From the NCBI RefSeq assembly GCF_006345805.1, contig NC_043013.1, forward strand, positions 25,110,001 to 25,174,000: a stretch of 64,000 nucleotides of DNA, given 5' to 3'. Below, piece by piece: positions 52,595 to 64,000 of the stretch. The position numbers and the translations under genes are program-made. Each line of letters opens with the position of its first letter. Position 1 is the stretch's first letter. The notes under the pieces are model-generated. The model saw nothing but the letters and a program-made list of their open reading frames with translations. It ran no database searches and was not told where the DNA came from. This DNA comes from Octopus sinensis (Eukaryota).

Positions 52595-53854
52595 TTGGGT
52601 TGGCTAGAAAGTAATTTCGTTTTTCACAAGTAGAGTCACGATTTTTTTAAATGGCTTTTGTCAACATTATGATTTTTTTCCTTTTGACATTTGATAGCTG
52701 TTACTTTTAGCTTACCTTAGAAGCATATTGCATGTAATTTTGTTTACAGCTGTTAGTTCAGTTTTAATTTTAACATGGAGTGCAAAAACGAACATTTATG
52801 CCATATTTTGCTTTTTTATTTCCATAAAGGCAAGAAAGCTGCTGAGACTCACAAAGAAGTATGTGAAGTTTATGGTATTGATTGCTTAACAGAAAGCACA
52901 TATGAGAAATGGTTTTAAAAATTCTGTTCAGGAAATTTTTCATTCAAAGATGACCAACATTCTAGTCAAACCATAATTGAATTTGATTGTCACATAACTG
53001 TGCAAGAGATTGCAGAGACTTAAATGTATCACACACAACAACTGAAAATCACTTACAATGTCTTGAACTTGTTAAGAACTTTGATAATTGGGCTCCACAT
53101 AAATTGAAAGCAATTCACTTAACACAACTAATCAAAATTTGCAATATGCATCTCAAACACAATGAAATCAACCTTTTCTTGAAATGAATCATCACTGATG
53201 ATGAAAAATGCATTGTTTACAATAATAACATCAATCGAAAACAATCATGGTTCAAGCGTAATGAACCAGCACAAACCACATCTAAAGCTGAATTGCATAA
53301 AAAAAAAGGACGGACTGTCAATTTGGTGAGATTACAAAGGTGTTGTGTATTTTGAGCTGCTTCCAAGGAACCAAACGATCAATCCAAATATTTACTGTCA
53401 ACAACTAATGAAACTAGAGGAAGCAATCAAAGAAAAACGGCCAGAATTGGCGAATCATAAAAGAATCATGTTCCACCATGACAACACTAGACCACACACA
53501 TCTTTGGTAACTCATGAAAAATTATGGGAGCTTGATTGGGAAGTGATGTCACATCTACCATAAAGCCCTGATCTTGCACCATCAGATTACCATTTATTTT
53601 GAAGTTTTCAAAATTCTTCGAATGGTAAAACTTTAAATAATGATGATGACCTGAAATCACACTTGCTCCATTCTTTGGCTGATAAGGATCCGAAGTTCTA
53701 TGAGTACGGAATCATGAAACTGCCAGAAAGATGGCAAATGGTCATCAAACAGAATAGAAAATATATAACTGATTAAAGTTCATTCTTGTATGAAAAATAA
53801 AAATCACTTTTATTCCAAACTAAAAAAAACAAAATTACTTTCTTGCCAACCCAA
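52595..53854 (+). mobile_element. Full-length but dead mariner (DD34D, mellifera-like) transposon
   Basis: TIRs ttgggttggctagaaagtaattt / aaattactttcttgccaacccaa followed by TA. Pseudo-transposase at 52775-53776: MECKNEHLCHILLFYFHKGK, WAPHKL, ITDDEK, HHDNTRPH, SPDLAPSDY, with internal stops. Confidence 0.93.
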
Positions 53855-54049
53855 TAGTTCACAAACCTGCAAGGATGACTTAAATGAGATCAATGAACAA
53901 ATCACCCTTGGCTTATTATTTTTACGTAAATCATATACATCATTAAAAATTTCGTAAAGAATAATCATATGGAACCCAAATTAAAACATCAATAGTAAGA
54001 AAGCATGAAAGCCAAATATATTCTCTTCTTTACTGGCTTATCAAATTAA

Positions 54050-54251
54050 TCCTTTAGCATTTAAACCAGCCATAGCCAGCTCTGTTTTATGTTCATACCA
54101 GTCAGCTCCAGCTTCACACATATCCTACAATGTCATTCTAAAAATAATCACATCATTGAGATCTTGAAGCTATGAGATAAAGCAAGATTAATTTGAGACA
54201 ATGTGAATAAATAAGAATTACATTTGACAGAGTAATCTGAATGCGAAAGGG
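54050..54251. mobile_element. TTAA-targeting MITE, family B
   Basis: TTAA-tcctttagcatt...aatgcgaaaggg-TTAA. Copies at about 60800-61023 and 46655-46880. Confidence 0.8.
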
Positions 54252-55856
54252 TTAAACCGGTTTGAGGCTGATCAGCTTTCTAAATATAAAAGTTTTAAAA
54301 AAATAAATAAAAATACAACAAATCTGTATATATAATTGGAAGTAAAAAATAGCTCTAGGCTTGTGAAATATTTTACAGTATGAGTCATAGTTTGAGTTTG
54401 AAAATAAACTTCAACAATTCACAATCTAGGTCAGACTATGATACAGATCAAAGTTTAGTGTTTAATATTTAGAACGAACATTAACTATATTTTCAGTTAA
54501 TGCATAAAATTTGTATATTCAGTGAGAAACTGGATTTATAAAATCAAAATTAATTCACCAATATAATTTAGGAATTCTATCAAGAGAAAATGTATAAATA
54601 TTTACAAATGGAATTTCCAACATGACCGAAAAAAACTTATGTAAGTATAAGGTGTGTTTTAAATGTTTTCCCAATTACTTACAAGTGATCATGGAATCAT
54701 TTAATTATTATGTAAACAATTTATAAGTAGGAAAACAAAACAAAAAAATCTTATACAATAAGCCTATTATAATACATAGATGGAGAGGTGCAGCTTATAT
54801 GCAAGAAAACAATATTATCTTTCAGGAAAGAAGTAATTACTGTCAACACACAAATGTATTCATAAAAGTGACGAAACTCATCTATTTATAGATCAGCTAA
54901 AATTTAGACAACTTACATCATCATTTTCCCATTTTTCATGCTGGCATGAGTTGGACAGTTTTACAGGAGCTGGCAAAGCCAAAGTGTTGCATCAGGTTCC
55001 AGTCTGGCATAGTTTCTATAAATGGATGCCTTTCCTAACACACCAACCACTTTACAGAGTGTACTGGGTACACTTTAATGTGGCACCAGCACAGGTAGAG
55101 TTGTCAAGTAACATGCAAGACATGCAAGTAACATGGCTGGGAGAGGAAGTGGCTTTGTGCCAGTTGAGAGGTTAGATTATAACAGAGGGATAGAAGTAGG
55201 TGTCTTATTATAGAAGAAATATTTGGCTAATCCAGCAGGAAAAGACAGGTGCAGAAGGGGACAGACAGAAAGAGAGAAATAGAAAGTGTTGGAGATGCAC
55301 CAGGACCTACCCACAGGGTACAGTGAGGAATATAAATGGATAGAGAGGGATGTTGCATGAGAGTGTGAGGGGGACTGTAGCAAAGTGATGATGAGAGAAA
55401 TTACTGGGGCTGGAGGTGGTTGATAATGTAGACATATGAAGGCATCAAGAGTATGCAGGTAGGAACATGAAGGATAGTAGAGGGGCCTGCAGTGAGCAGT
55501 GGGAAAATGGTGTTGGAGAGAAGGGTTGTGGAGAAGTTTTGACAGAGGACAAATTATACAAACGGAATTTCCAAAATAAACCAAAGAGCTTGTATAAGGT
55601 ATATTTTAAATATTTTCCCAACTACATACAAGCGATCACGGAACTATTCAATTATTATGTAAACAATTTATATGAGAAGTAAAAAAAAAGATCCAACACA
55701 ATACACCTTTTATTATCATACACAGGAGAGATGCAACATATACATGAGAAAACTATATTACCTTTCAGGAAAAAAAAAATTAATGGTAAAAGTGCTTAAC
55801 CAGATAGTGTAATAGACTTTCACAACTTAAAAATGGAAGCTCTGTTTATAGGTAAC

Positions 55857-55916
<60 letters not shown>

Positions 55917-55949
55917 GAACAAGGTGTACGTTACGCCGCAATAATATAG

Positions 55950-56220
55950 GTATAAAATTATATATAAAAAGGGACAAGAACATGAAATACACAAAGAGAC
56001 GACACAAAAAATGGACAGGTCATTCGAAGCCTTTAAACTTCAGTCAGGAATTGGACATCATAGCAAATTTCGGCTGATTAATCCTGTCAGCCGAAATTTG
56101 GTATGATGATCCAGTTCCTGACTGAAGATTAAAGGCTTCGAATGACCCGTCTGTTTTTTGTGTCGTCTCTTTGTGTATTTCATGTTCTTGTTCCTTTTTA
56201 TATATAATTTTTATACTTAT
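55950..56220. repeat. Near-perfect ~270-bp palindrome between two (TA)n tracts
   Basis: Arms of about 130 bp centred on tttcggctga-ttaatcctg-tcagccgaaa. Confidence 0.92.
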
Positions 56221-59200
56221 ATATATATATATATATATATTGTTGGTCTTGTAGCTAGAATACGAGGAACAGAACCCCCTGGATTCATTGAATGAATGAG
56301 AGGGGAGGGAGAGACGGTTTGCATATATCCGAGTATGAATATGCGGGCATGCATAGCAGTCTTTGTGCATAGAAATGTGCTTTTAGGTATATTATTCACT
56401 CACAGAATGTCCACTCTTCCAGACTGGTGAAACTGAATAGAAGTAGTAAGTTTATCTTCAGTTTGGGCTTCTATATGCTAAATCCTGTATGAAAGGATAC
56501 ATCAGAAGAGAAATCTGGTATAGAGGGCTCTAATGAGAAAGACTGAGCAAAGCAAGGGGTTTCGGGTGTGGGCTAGAGAAAAAAATGGATTCAAAGAATG
56601 GGCTTGTGAAGAGGTTGATTCTTAATGGGGGTTTCAGAAGCGGTGGTACATAGTTTTCTATTTCAGAGGACCAGCAGTCTTTGTGTTATCAGTAGAAGAC
56701 ACAGAAGGAAGAAACAACATGCCTTCTACCTAGTAGATATCATCATCATCTTTTGATGTGTACTTTCCAAATTGGCATGGGATGAGCAGTTTCACAGGAT
56801 CCAATGTGTCTGAAGACTGGATCATATGCCAGTCCCTATGGTTGGATGCTCTTCTTAATGCTAACCACTTTATGGAGTGTACCAAATGCTACTTTTCATT
56901 GCACCAGCACACGTGAGGTCACCAAAGAGTCAGAACAGGTTTCTTGCTTTCGAGGAGATACATGGTTACTAGCACTATACAAGAGTGGATAGGAGTAATG
57001 GAGGTGGAGCTGGAAAAAAGGTGGTGAAGTATCTTGGTGGGCTCAGAGGAGAGAATAGGGAAGATAGATGGATAGAAGTAGTAAGAATACATGGGGAGAG
57101 TGAAGCATGGTTAGAAATGAGATAGAGGGGAGTGAATATACCGAATGATGAACAAGAGGTGATGGCGGTGGGGGCCAATGATAAATGAAATGGAAGGAAG
57201 GTTGGAAAGGAGTAGGTGGTGACTGTAGAGATTGGGTAGGATCAAAGGGTGAATATAGTGAATGGTGGACAAGGATGGAGGAGTGATCAATGTTATATAT
57301 AAATTGGAGAGAAGACAAGGGAGAGTAGGTGTTGACTGAGAAGAGGTGAAGGATGACAGAAAAGGAGATGACCAGTGAGTGGGTAGGTTCTCTCACTCAC
57401 TCCATGGTCCCTCCCCATTCACATTTTGTATTGGTCACCCTTCTACGCAATCAAATTCTCTCTCCTTGTTCACTGAACCACTTCCTGTTGTGCCCTTATC
57501 ACCATATATCTCTAACTTTCCCTATGCATTACAGGGAGAGTAAGAGATGTATGGTGATAAGAGCAAATCAACAGGAAGTTATTCAGTGAAGAGGGAAAGA
57601 TAATTTTGTAGCATAGAAGGGTGGGGTGATCAATGTAAAACTTTAATGGGGAGGGACAATGTTAAGAATAATGTCACGCAAGTTTGTTCTATATACCCAA
57701 TAACTCTTTCCATTTTCTCCACTTGATACAATTTTTCTTTTCTATACAACATCTCAATTCATTTTTAGCAGATATGATATGTACCAAGAGGAAGAAATTA
57801 TGTAATTTATTTGTTACTTCAATGATCATTTGTTTTTGTAGCTGACATTTGAGCTCAACACAGCTCTACAGCTCACCAGATCAAGTCAAAATTGTTCAAC
57901 CTATACAATTCTATATTTGTGAAACGAAAAATTTATATTATTATGTATTCTGTTTATATTAGTCAAACTGGTGTTCTTATCTTGATTATTGTTTTCTCTA
58001 TATTTCAGCTGTTGTAAACTCCAGCCTTCTTCAGGTGTCTTGCATTGAACTTGGTTATTGCACCATTATTTGCAACAACAACCAAGTTCAATGCAAGACA
58101 CCAGAAGAAAGTGTACAATAGTTGAAACATAGCGAAAGCAACAACCAACATGACATCAGTCTGACTAATATAAATGGTATACATAACATCCAACCCATGC
58201 CAGCATGGAAAATGGATGTTAAACGATACGAGGACAAGCCAAGAGCTCAGCTAGCATATTAACTATTTTTGTTATTTCTTAATTAAATAATAACCATGTT
58301 AAACAATTGGGATATCTGCAAAATCAACATGGTGTACAATGCAAATGATGTTTAAGAGAAGGTTCATCTGGGACAACAACACGTTTTCTTCCATATGTTA
58401 TTTAAATTACTGTTTTTCAAGTTTTATGTTTATTTATGCCAGCAAAGGCACAAGGAAATACAAAAAATCAAACTGAGATAAGATATTAAATAATTATTTA
58501 TAGAAGAAGGTATAAATGGCTGATGATAGGAAGGACATTCACTGATAGAAAGAATGCTAAAAATGGAACATATGAGCAAGATATAGTATCTGCTAGCCAT
58601 GTCACTGGCTATCCATCTGGGAAAAACAGTAACTGAATAGGAACTTTAAACCCTTTAGTTCTCCTCACATGGGACAGCCCCTCAAGCACCAGCATAGAAA
58701 AACAGACGTATGACGATAATTAAGAATCTTTTCTATTATAGGCACAAGGCCGGAAATTTGGGGGCAGGGGATAGACAATTACATTGACCCCAGTATCCAA
58801 CTGGTACTTATTTTATTGGCCATGAAAGGATGAAAGGCAAAGCCAACCTTGGCGAGATTTGAACTCAGAATGTAAAGACAGACAAAAAGTTGCTGAGCAT
58901 TTTTTTCTGTGTGCTAAGGTTCAGCCAGCTCATTGCTTTGACATATGAAGATAAAGATACATACATACATACACACATACATACACACACATGCATACAT
59001 AATTCATACATACATATAAATATACACACACACTTGCATAAATATACATAATATATACATACACATAATATACACACACACACATACATGCATTCATACA
59101 TATATACATAGATGTGTATGCATACATATACACAAATATATACACACACATGCATACATATACACACACATGCTTACATACACATAAATGCACATATACA

Positions 59201-59442
59201 CACATGCATATACATAAATATATATGCACACACACCAATATACACATATACATACACACACACATGCATTCATACATCAACATACATGAACACATACACA
59301 TGCACACATTCATATTCCCATATGCACACAACCACATTTTCTTTATTTAGTGACTAAAAGCAAAACTTTCAATGAAGAATCCATATGATTTTGGAAAGCG
59401 TTTTGGGCAACGTAAAAATAGCTGATTAATTTTTATACTTAC

Positions 59443-59561
59443 AGGAATTGGTTTGTTTCCCAGAAAGTTTAAATCTTGATTTTCACCAAACAAGTAAGCT
59501 TCTGGTTGAGTCATATCAAACCTCTCACCACCCATTATAAAGTGGCTGCTAAAATAGCTAC
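59443..59561 (-). CDS. MGRN1: MGRN1/RNF157 E3 ligase, first coding exon in window (equivalent to vertebrate exon 2), 119 nt, phase 1-0
   Basis: tttcag acceptor and gtaagt donor. Encodes (G)SYFSSHFIMGGERFDMTQPEAYLFGENQDLNFLGNKPIP, matching the MGRN1 motif NYFASHFFMGGEKFD..PEGYLFGENMDLNFLG. Confidence 0.96.
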
Positions 59562-61974
59562 CTGAAAGTGGAATAATTACAAAGCCTTTCTTAGAATATT
59601 TTATAACATTGAGAAATATACAAATTGAAAGATGAAGTCAAAAAAAAAAATCTTAACCTCAGTGACTTTGAGGTTATGGCTGTGGTTCTCAGATAATTCT
59701 AGGGTATACTGGTAAGCCACACTGTGTATCCAGATGTACTGCATAATCATCATCAATTAATGTCTGTTTTCCATGCTGGCATGGGTTGGATGGTTTGACA
59801 GGGGCTGGAAAGCCAGGGCATTGCACCAAGCTCTGCTGTCTACTTTGGCATAGTTTCTATTGCATCATCATCAACATTTAACGTCTGCTTTCCATGCTGG
59901 CATGGGTTGGACGTTTTGAGTGAGGACTGGCAAGCTAATGGGCTGTACCAGGCTCCAATCCGATCTGACAATGTTTCTACAGCTGAATCCCCTTCCTAAC
60001 GCCAACCACTTCAAGAGTGTAGTGGGTGCTTTTTACATGCCACCAGCACGAGGGCCAGTCAGGCAGTACTGGCATCAGCCACGCTTGGATGCTGCTTTTT
60101 ATGTTCCACTAGCATGTGAGCCAGTCAGGTGGCACTGGTAATGACCATGCTTAAATGGTGCTTTTTACATTCCACTGGCACGGGACCAGTCAGCCGGCAT
60201 GGGCATCAACCATGCTCGAATGGTGCTTTTTACATGCCACCAGCACGGGTGCCAATCAGGCGGTACTGTCATCAGCCATGACAACTTCACTTGCCTCAAC
60301 ATGTCTTCGCAAGTGCAGTTTATTGCCCAATGATTGAAGGGTACTCTTAAATGGGCTGGTTATGCTGCACTAGCATAGGCCACAGTTACGGTCCCACTTG
60401 GCTTGCTGGGTCTTCTGGGGCACAGCACACTTTTAAGAACAAGATTTAAGGCTTAGAAAATGCTTGAATGTTTCAAAGAACAAGTTATGTTTATTTTTAT
60501 AAACATGAATGGAATGTAAAAAGCACCATCCAAGCATGGCCGATGCCAGTACCACCTGACTGGCCCTCATGCCGGTGGCATGTAAAAAGCACCCACTACA
60601 CTCTTGAAGTGGTTGGTGTTAGGAAGGGCATTCAGCTGCAGAAACTCTGCCAGATCAAGATTGAAACCTGGTGCAGCCATCTGGTTCGCCAGCCCTCAGT
60701 CATACATCTAACCCATGCTAGCATGGAAAGTGGACGTTAAATGACGATGATGATGATGAATGATTAATAAAACAAAGTAAACAATAGTTTCCTACAATTT
60801 TTACCCTTTAGTATTTAAACCATTCATATCCAGCTGAAATACTCTACCTCTTTTATGTTCAAACTGGCCAGATTCAGCTTCTCATACCTACCCTACAATG
60901 TCATTCTAAACACATACAATCACATCAGTAAAATCTCAGAGCTACAAGATAATACATAATTCAAAACAATGTGAATAAATACAAATTACATTTGACAAAG
61001 TAATCTGAATGCTAAAGGGTTAAACTTTAAAACATATTTTATACCCCAATTATTTACATTAGACGGATAGGTGTCCTCACCTTGATTGTTGCTACTACAG
61101 TGTTTCAGCTGATGGGGTACTATTCTCATTCCTAAGGTATTTTTTGCTGATGTTATTGTTATTTATTCAAGTCACCAGCTGGGATTGAACCTGGAATAGC
61201 GCCGTGGTTAAGAGCACTAACCCTATGATTCCAGGTTCAATCCCAGGCAGTGACTTGAATAAGTAATAATAATAATAATGATAATAATAATAATAATATC
61301 AGCAAAAAATACATTAGGAATAAGAACAGAGTACCCCATTCATCAAATAAAGGGTTGGGTTTCAAATTCCACCAGGACAGTACATCAGCCAAAACGTAAT
61401 AACAACAAACAAGATGAGGACACCTCTCTGTCCATTGTAAACAATATACATAATTCCTCATTTCTAAAATACAGTATTGTATTCAATCTTAATCATTCGG
61501 ATGAAGTGTGATACTTCTATTCGTATTTGATCTCCAGTATGCCATGAAGGGGAAAAAAACTGAGAACTACTAAGTTAAAGTCAGATTAAGTTATTCAACA
61601 TCTTATTTCACCTAAATCTAGATGGTTTCACAGAAAAAAAAAAGACCCCATGATATTTAAAAAATAACTTCATAGAAAAGTTGTCTAAATGTTTATGAAC
61701 GTTTTTTAGTTGTAGGAAAACTCAGAGAAGGAATCAAGCATTCATAAAATATAAAGAAATCTTTGCATTAGTCACTAATTTTGCACAACCTTCATCCCTT
61801 AGAATTACACAGAAATTATTTGCATGATTCAATGTCTCTACTTTAATATTCATTTCAACATTTTGCAAATCATCCTCACTATATTTTCCAACTTTCCTAC
61901 TTTCTTCTTACTGAATAAAGTTTTGCTCTCTTCCTCTCTGTTCTTAATCTGACATTACCACTAATCTTTAAAGA

Positions 61975-62679
61975 GTAAATTTATTCAATAAATCTGCCAT
62001 CGGCTTCAACCACAGCCTCCAGACGACTTCAGAATCTCCTGCAACTCTTCTGGACGGGCTCCTTGTTTAAGTTGGTGAATGCTGCCATAAACCTTGCCTT
62101 CAGTTCATCTTTGGTGTTACAAGGAGTTTTGTTGGTCTCTCGCTCAAATGCACCCCACACATAATAATGAAGGGCATTGCAATCTGAGGAGTTAGGTGGC
62201 TAGATGATAGGGGTGATGTGGTTGCAGAAACTGTTTGACAGCCATGTCAGGGTTCTTCTGCTTGTGTGGCATGGTGCAGAGTCCTGTTGCTAGACATAGG
62301 GTCTTCCAGCAGCCACCCTCTTCACCCAGAGCAACACTACCTCCTCCATGCACTTGATGTAAGCCTCAGTGTTGAGTCTGAGACAGTGTGGGAAGATGAA
62401 TGGAGGCATGACATTACCAGACGCCATGATGTTGACTGGATGTTTGATTTTTATCACTCTCAGTACATGTCCTCAGATTGCACTGTCCTCACCCAAACAC
62501 TTTGAATGTTTGTATTGGAGCTTCTGGCACAAATGCCAAGCAATACAGCATGTCAGTTTCAAATTTCTGGCAGAGTGAATTATGTCATGGTGCTGGTTTT
62601 CTCAGACAATGCCCAACAAATGATGCACATGTGCAAAATTAAAAATATAAAATGACAACAATTTACCCATCACACCCTG
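61975..62679 (-). mobile_element. Second DD37D/maT-like element, internally deleted
   Basis: QQDSAPCH, PPNSSDCNAL.YYVWG..ERETNKTPCNTKDELKA, RLEAVVEADG.FIE*. End ...cacaccctg-TA. Confidence 0.85.
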
Positions 62680-64000
62680 TATGTGTGTGTGTGTGTGTGT
62701 ATGTTACCTTTTGCTACACTCAGTGTGTCAAAATGCAATTACACCACACACATACACATTGTCCTTTAAAATTACAAAAATACATCACAAACATCCCATC
62801 TCTCATTCTTAATGGTGTTCATCAAAATTCAGTTAAAGACAAGGCATCCACATTCTATAAAAAAAAAAACTAAAATCCTTTATGTACATTTGCCATGCGT
62901 AATATTATATTTCATCAATGCTGCTGTGATAGCTGATTGAATTAATGAATGAAACTGTATTTCTTGGCTGCATGAAGAAGCAACTGAAGAAGTAAAACCT
63001 GCAAACATTTAACAGAAGAATTTATTGTTGCACATAAAAACAAGATGCTTTGGCCATTTACAGTTAACATCAATAATTACAGACTGGGAGAGAGATGCTA
63101 CTCTTAGATTACAGAAAGCTATTGGTAAAGCCACATGTGGTTTGCCAAATGTATCTGAAATCAACTGTGCTCTCTTCGTGGTGTTGGAGGTTCTTGGTCA
63201 TCTGTCTGGGCCATCTGGTTATTAAAAATATGTGCTGAACAGTTTTTATACGGGAAGGGACACTAAATTCTAAAATGTCTGAGAAAACCCTCTCAACACC
63301 ATTGCTTCATGCTGATTATTCAGTTAATGGACCAATCATGTGAAACTATAATGGTTTGCTTGTGATGTCTGACTATGCATCCAGTGATTCAGTTTCAAAT
63401 CACTGCTACACATTCATGCAAATACTCCAGCTTTTAAAGGGTATTATAATATTAACCACTGCAGTGTATGTATGTTATAAACAAGAAGAATTTTTACCCT
63501 GATTAGTCTATTTTCTACAAAGACAACTGCTAAAGTCATAAAACCTGAGATTAAAAGATTCATGCCTTTCTTAAGAACATAAGCAATGCAAGTAAAATAA
63601 AATAGCTCTGCATGAGAATTTAAACCAAATTACAAACTCAGTTGAATGACTTTCAAAATAATTCTATTGCTGTGGCACTCCATCGATTACGATGACGAGG
63701 GTTCCAGTTGATCCAATCAACGGAACAGCCTGCTCATAAAATTAACACCCTTAATGTAGTTCTCAGGGATATTCAGTGTGACAAGGCTGGCCCTTTGAAA
63801 TACAGGCACAACAGAAACAGGAAGAAAGAGTGAGAGAAAGTTGTGGTGAAAGAATACAGCAGGATTCGTCACCACCCCCTGCTGGAGCCTCATGGAGCTT
63901 CAGGTGTTTTCACTTAATAAACACTCACAATGCCCAATCTGGGGATTGAAATCATGATCCTGTGACCACGCGTCTGCTGCCCTAACAACTGAGCCATTGC

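Noticed and set aside
59562-64000. MGRN1 exon 1 and promoter (expected MG...YRYPPKS)
   Set aside because: No matching sequence or CpG-rich promoter was seen. It is probably beyond the window.

Overview
Eukaryotic, AT-rich, repeat-dense genomic DNA. The SINE/RTE/microsatellite landscape points to a cephalopod, probably Octopus (inference). Nearly the whole window is one minus-strand gene, the MGRN1/RNF157 (Mahogunin) RING E3 ubiquitin ligase. I reconstructed 13 phase-consistent GT-AG coding exons from 59561 down to a stop at 3421 (1664 nt). Exon 1 was not found and probably lies beyond 64000. There are also three candidate phase-1 cassette exons (27797-28185) and a candidate alternative last exon (11320-11636). 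The introns hold degenerate RTE, CR1/L2, R4-like and Penelope retroelements, mariner and DD37D/maT transposons, hAT, piggyBac-type and Tc2-type MITEs, several tRNA-derived SINE families and very long microsatellites. Most long ORFs in the supplied track are microsatellite or antisense artefacts. The most unusual signals are: (i) recurrent inverted Penelope-type terminal repeats with hammerhead-ribozyme cores, one family fused to a tRNA-like Pol III head; (ii) a CpG-rich 429-bp insert between identical 61-bp hairpin-containing direct repeats; (iii) a 140/22-bp composite tandem array. No prokaryotic-type system (CRISPR etc.) is present.
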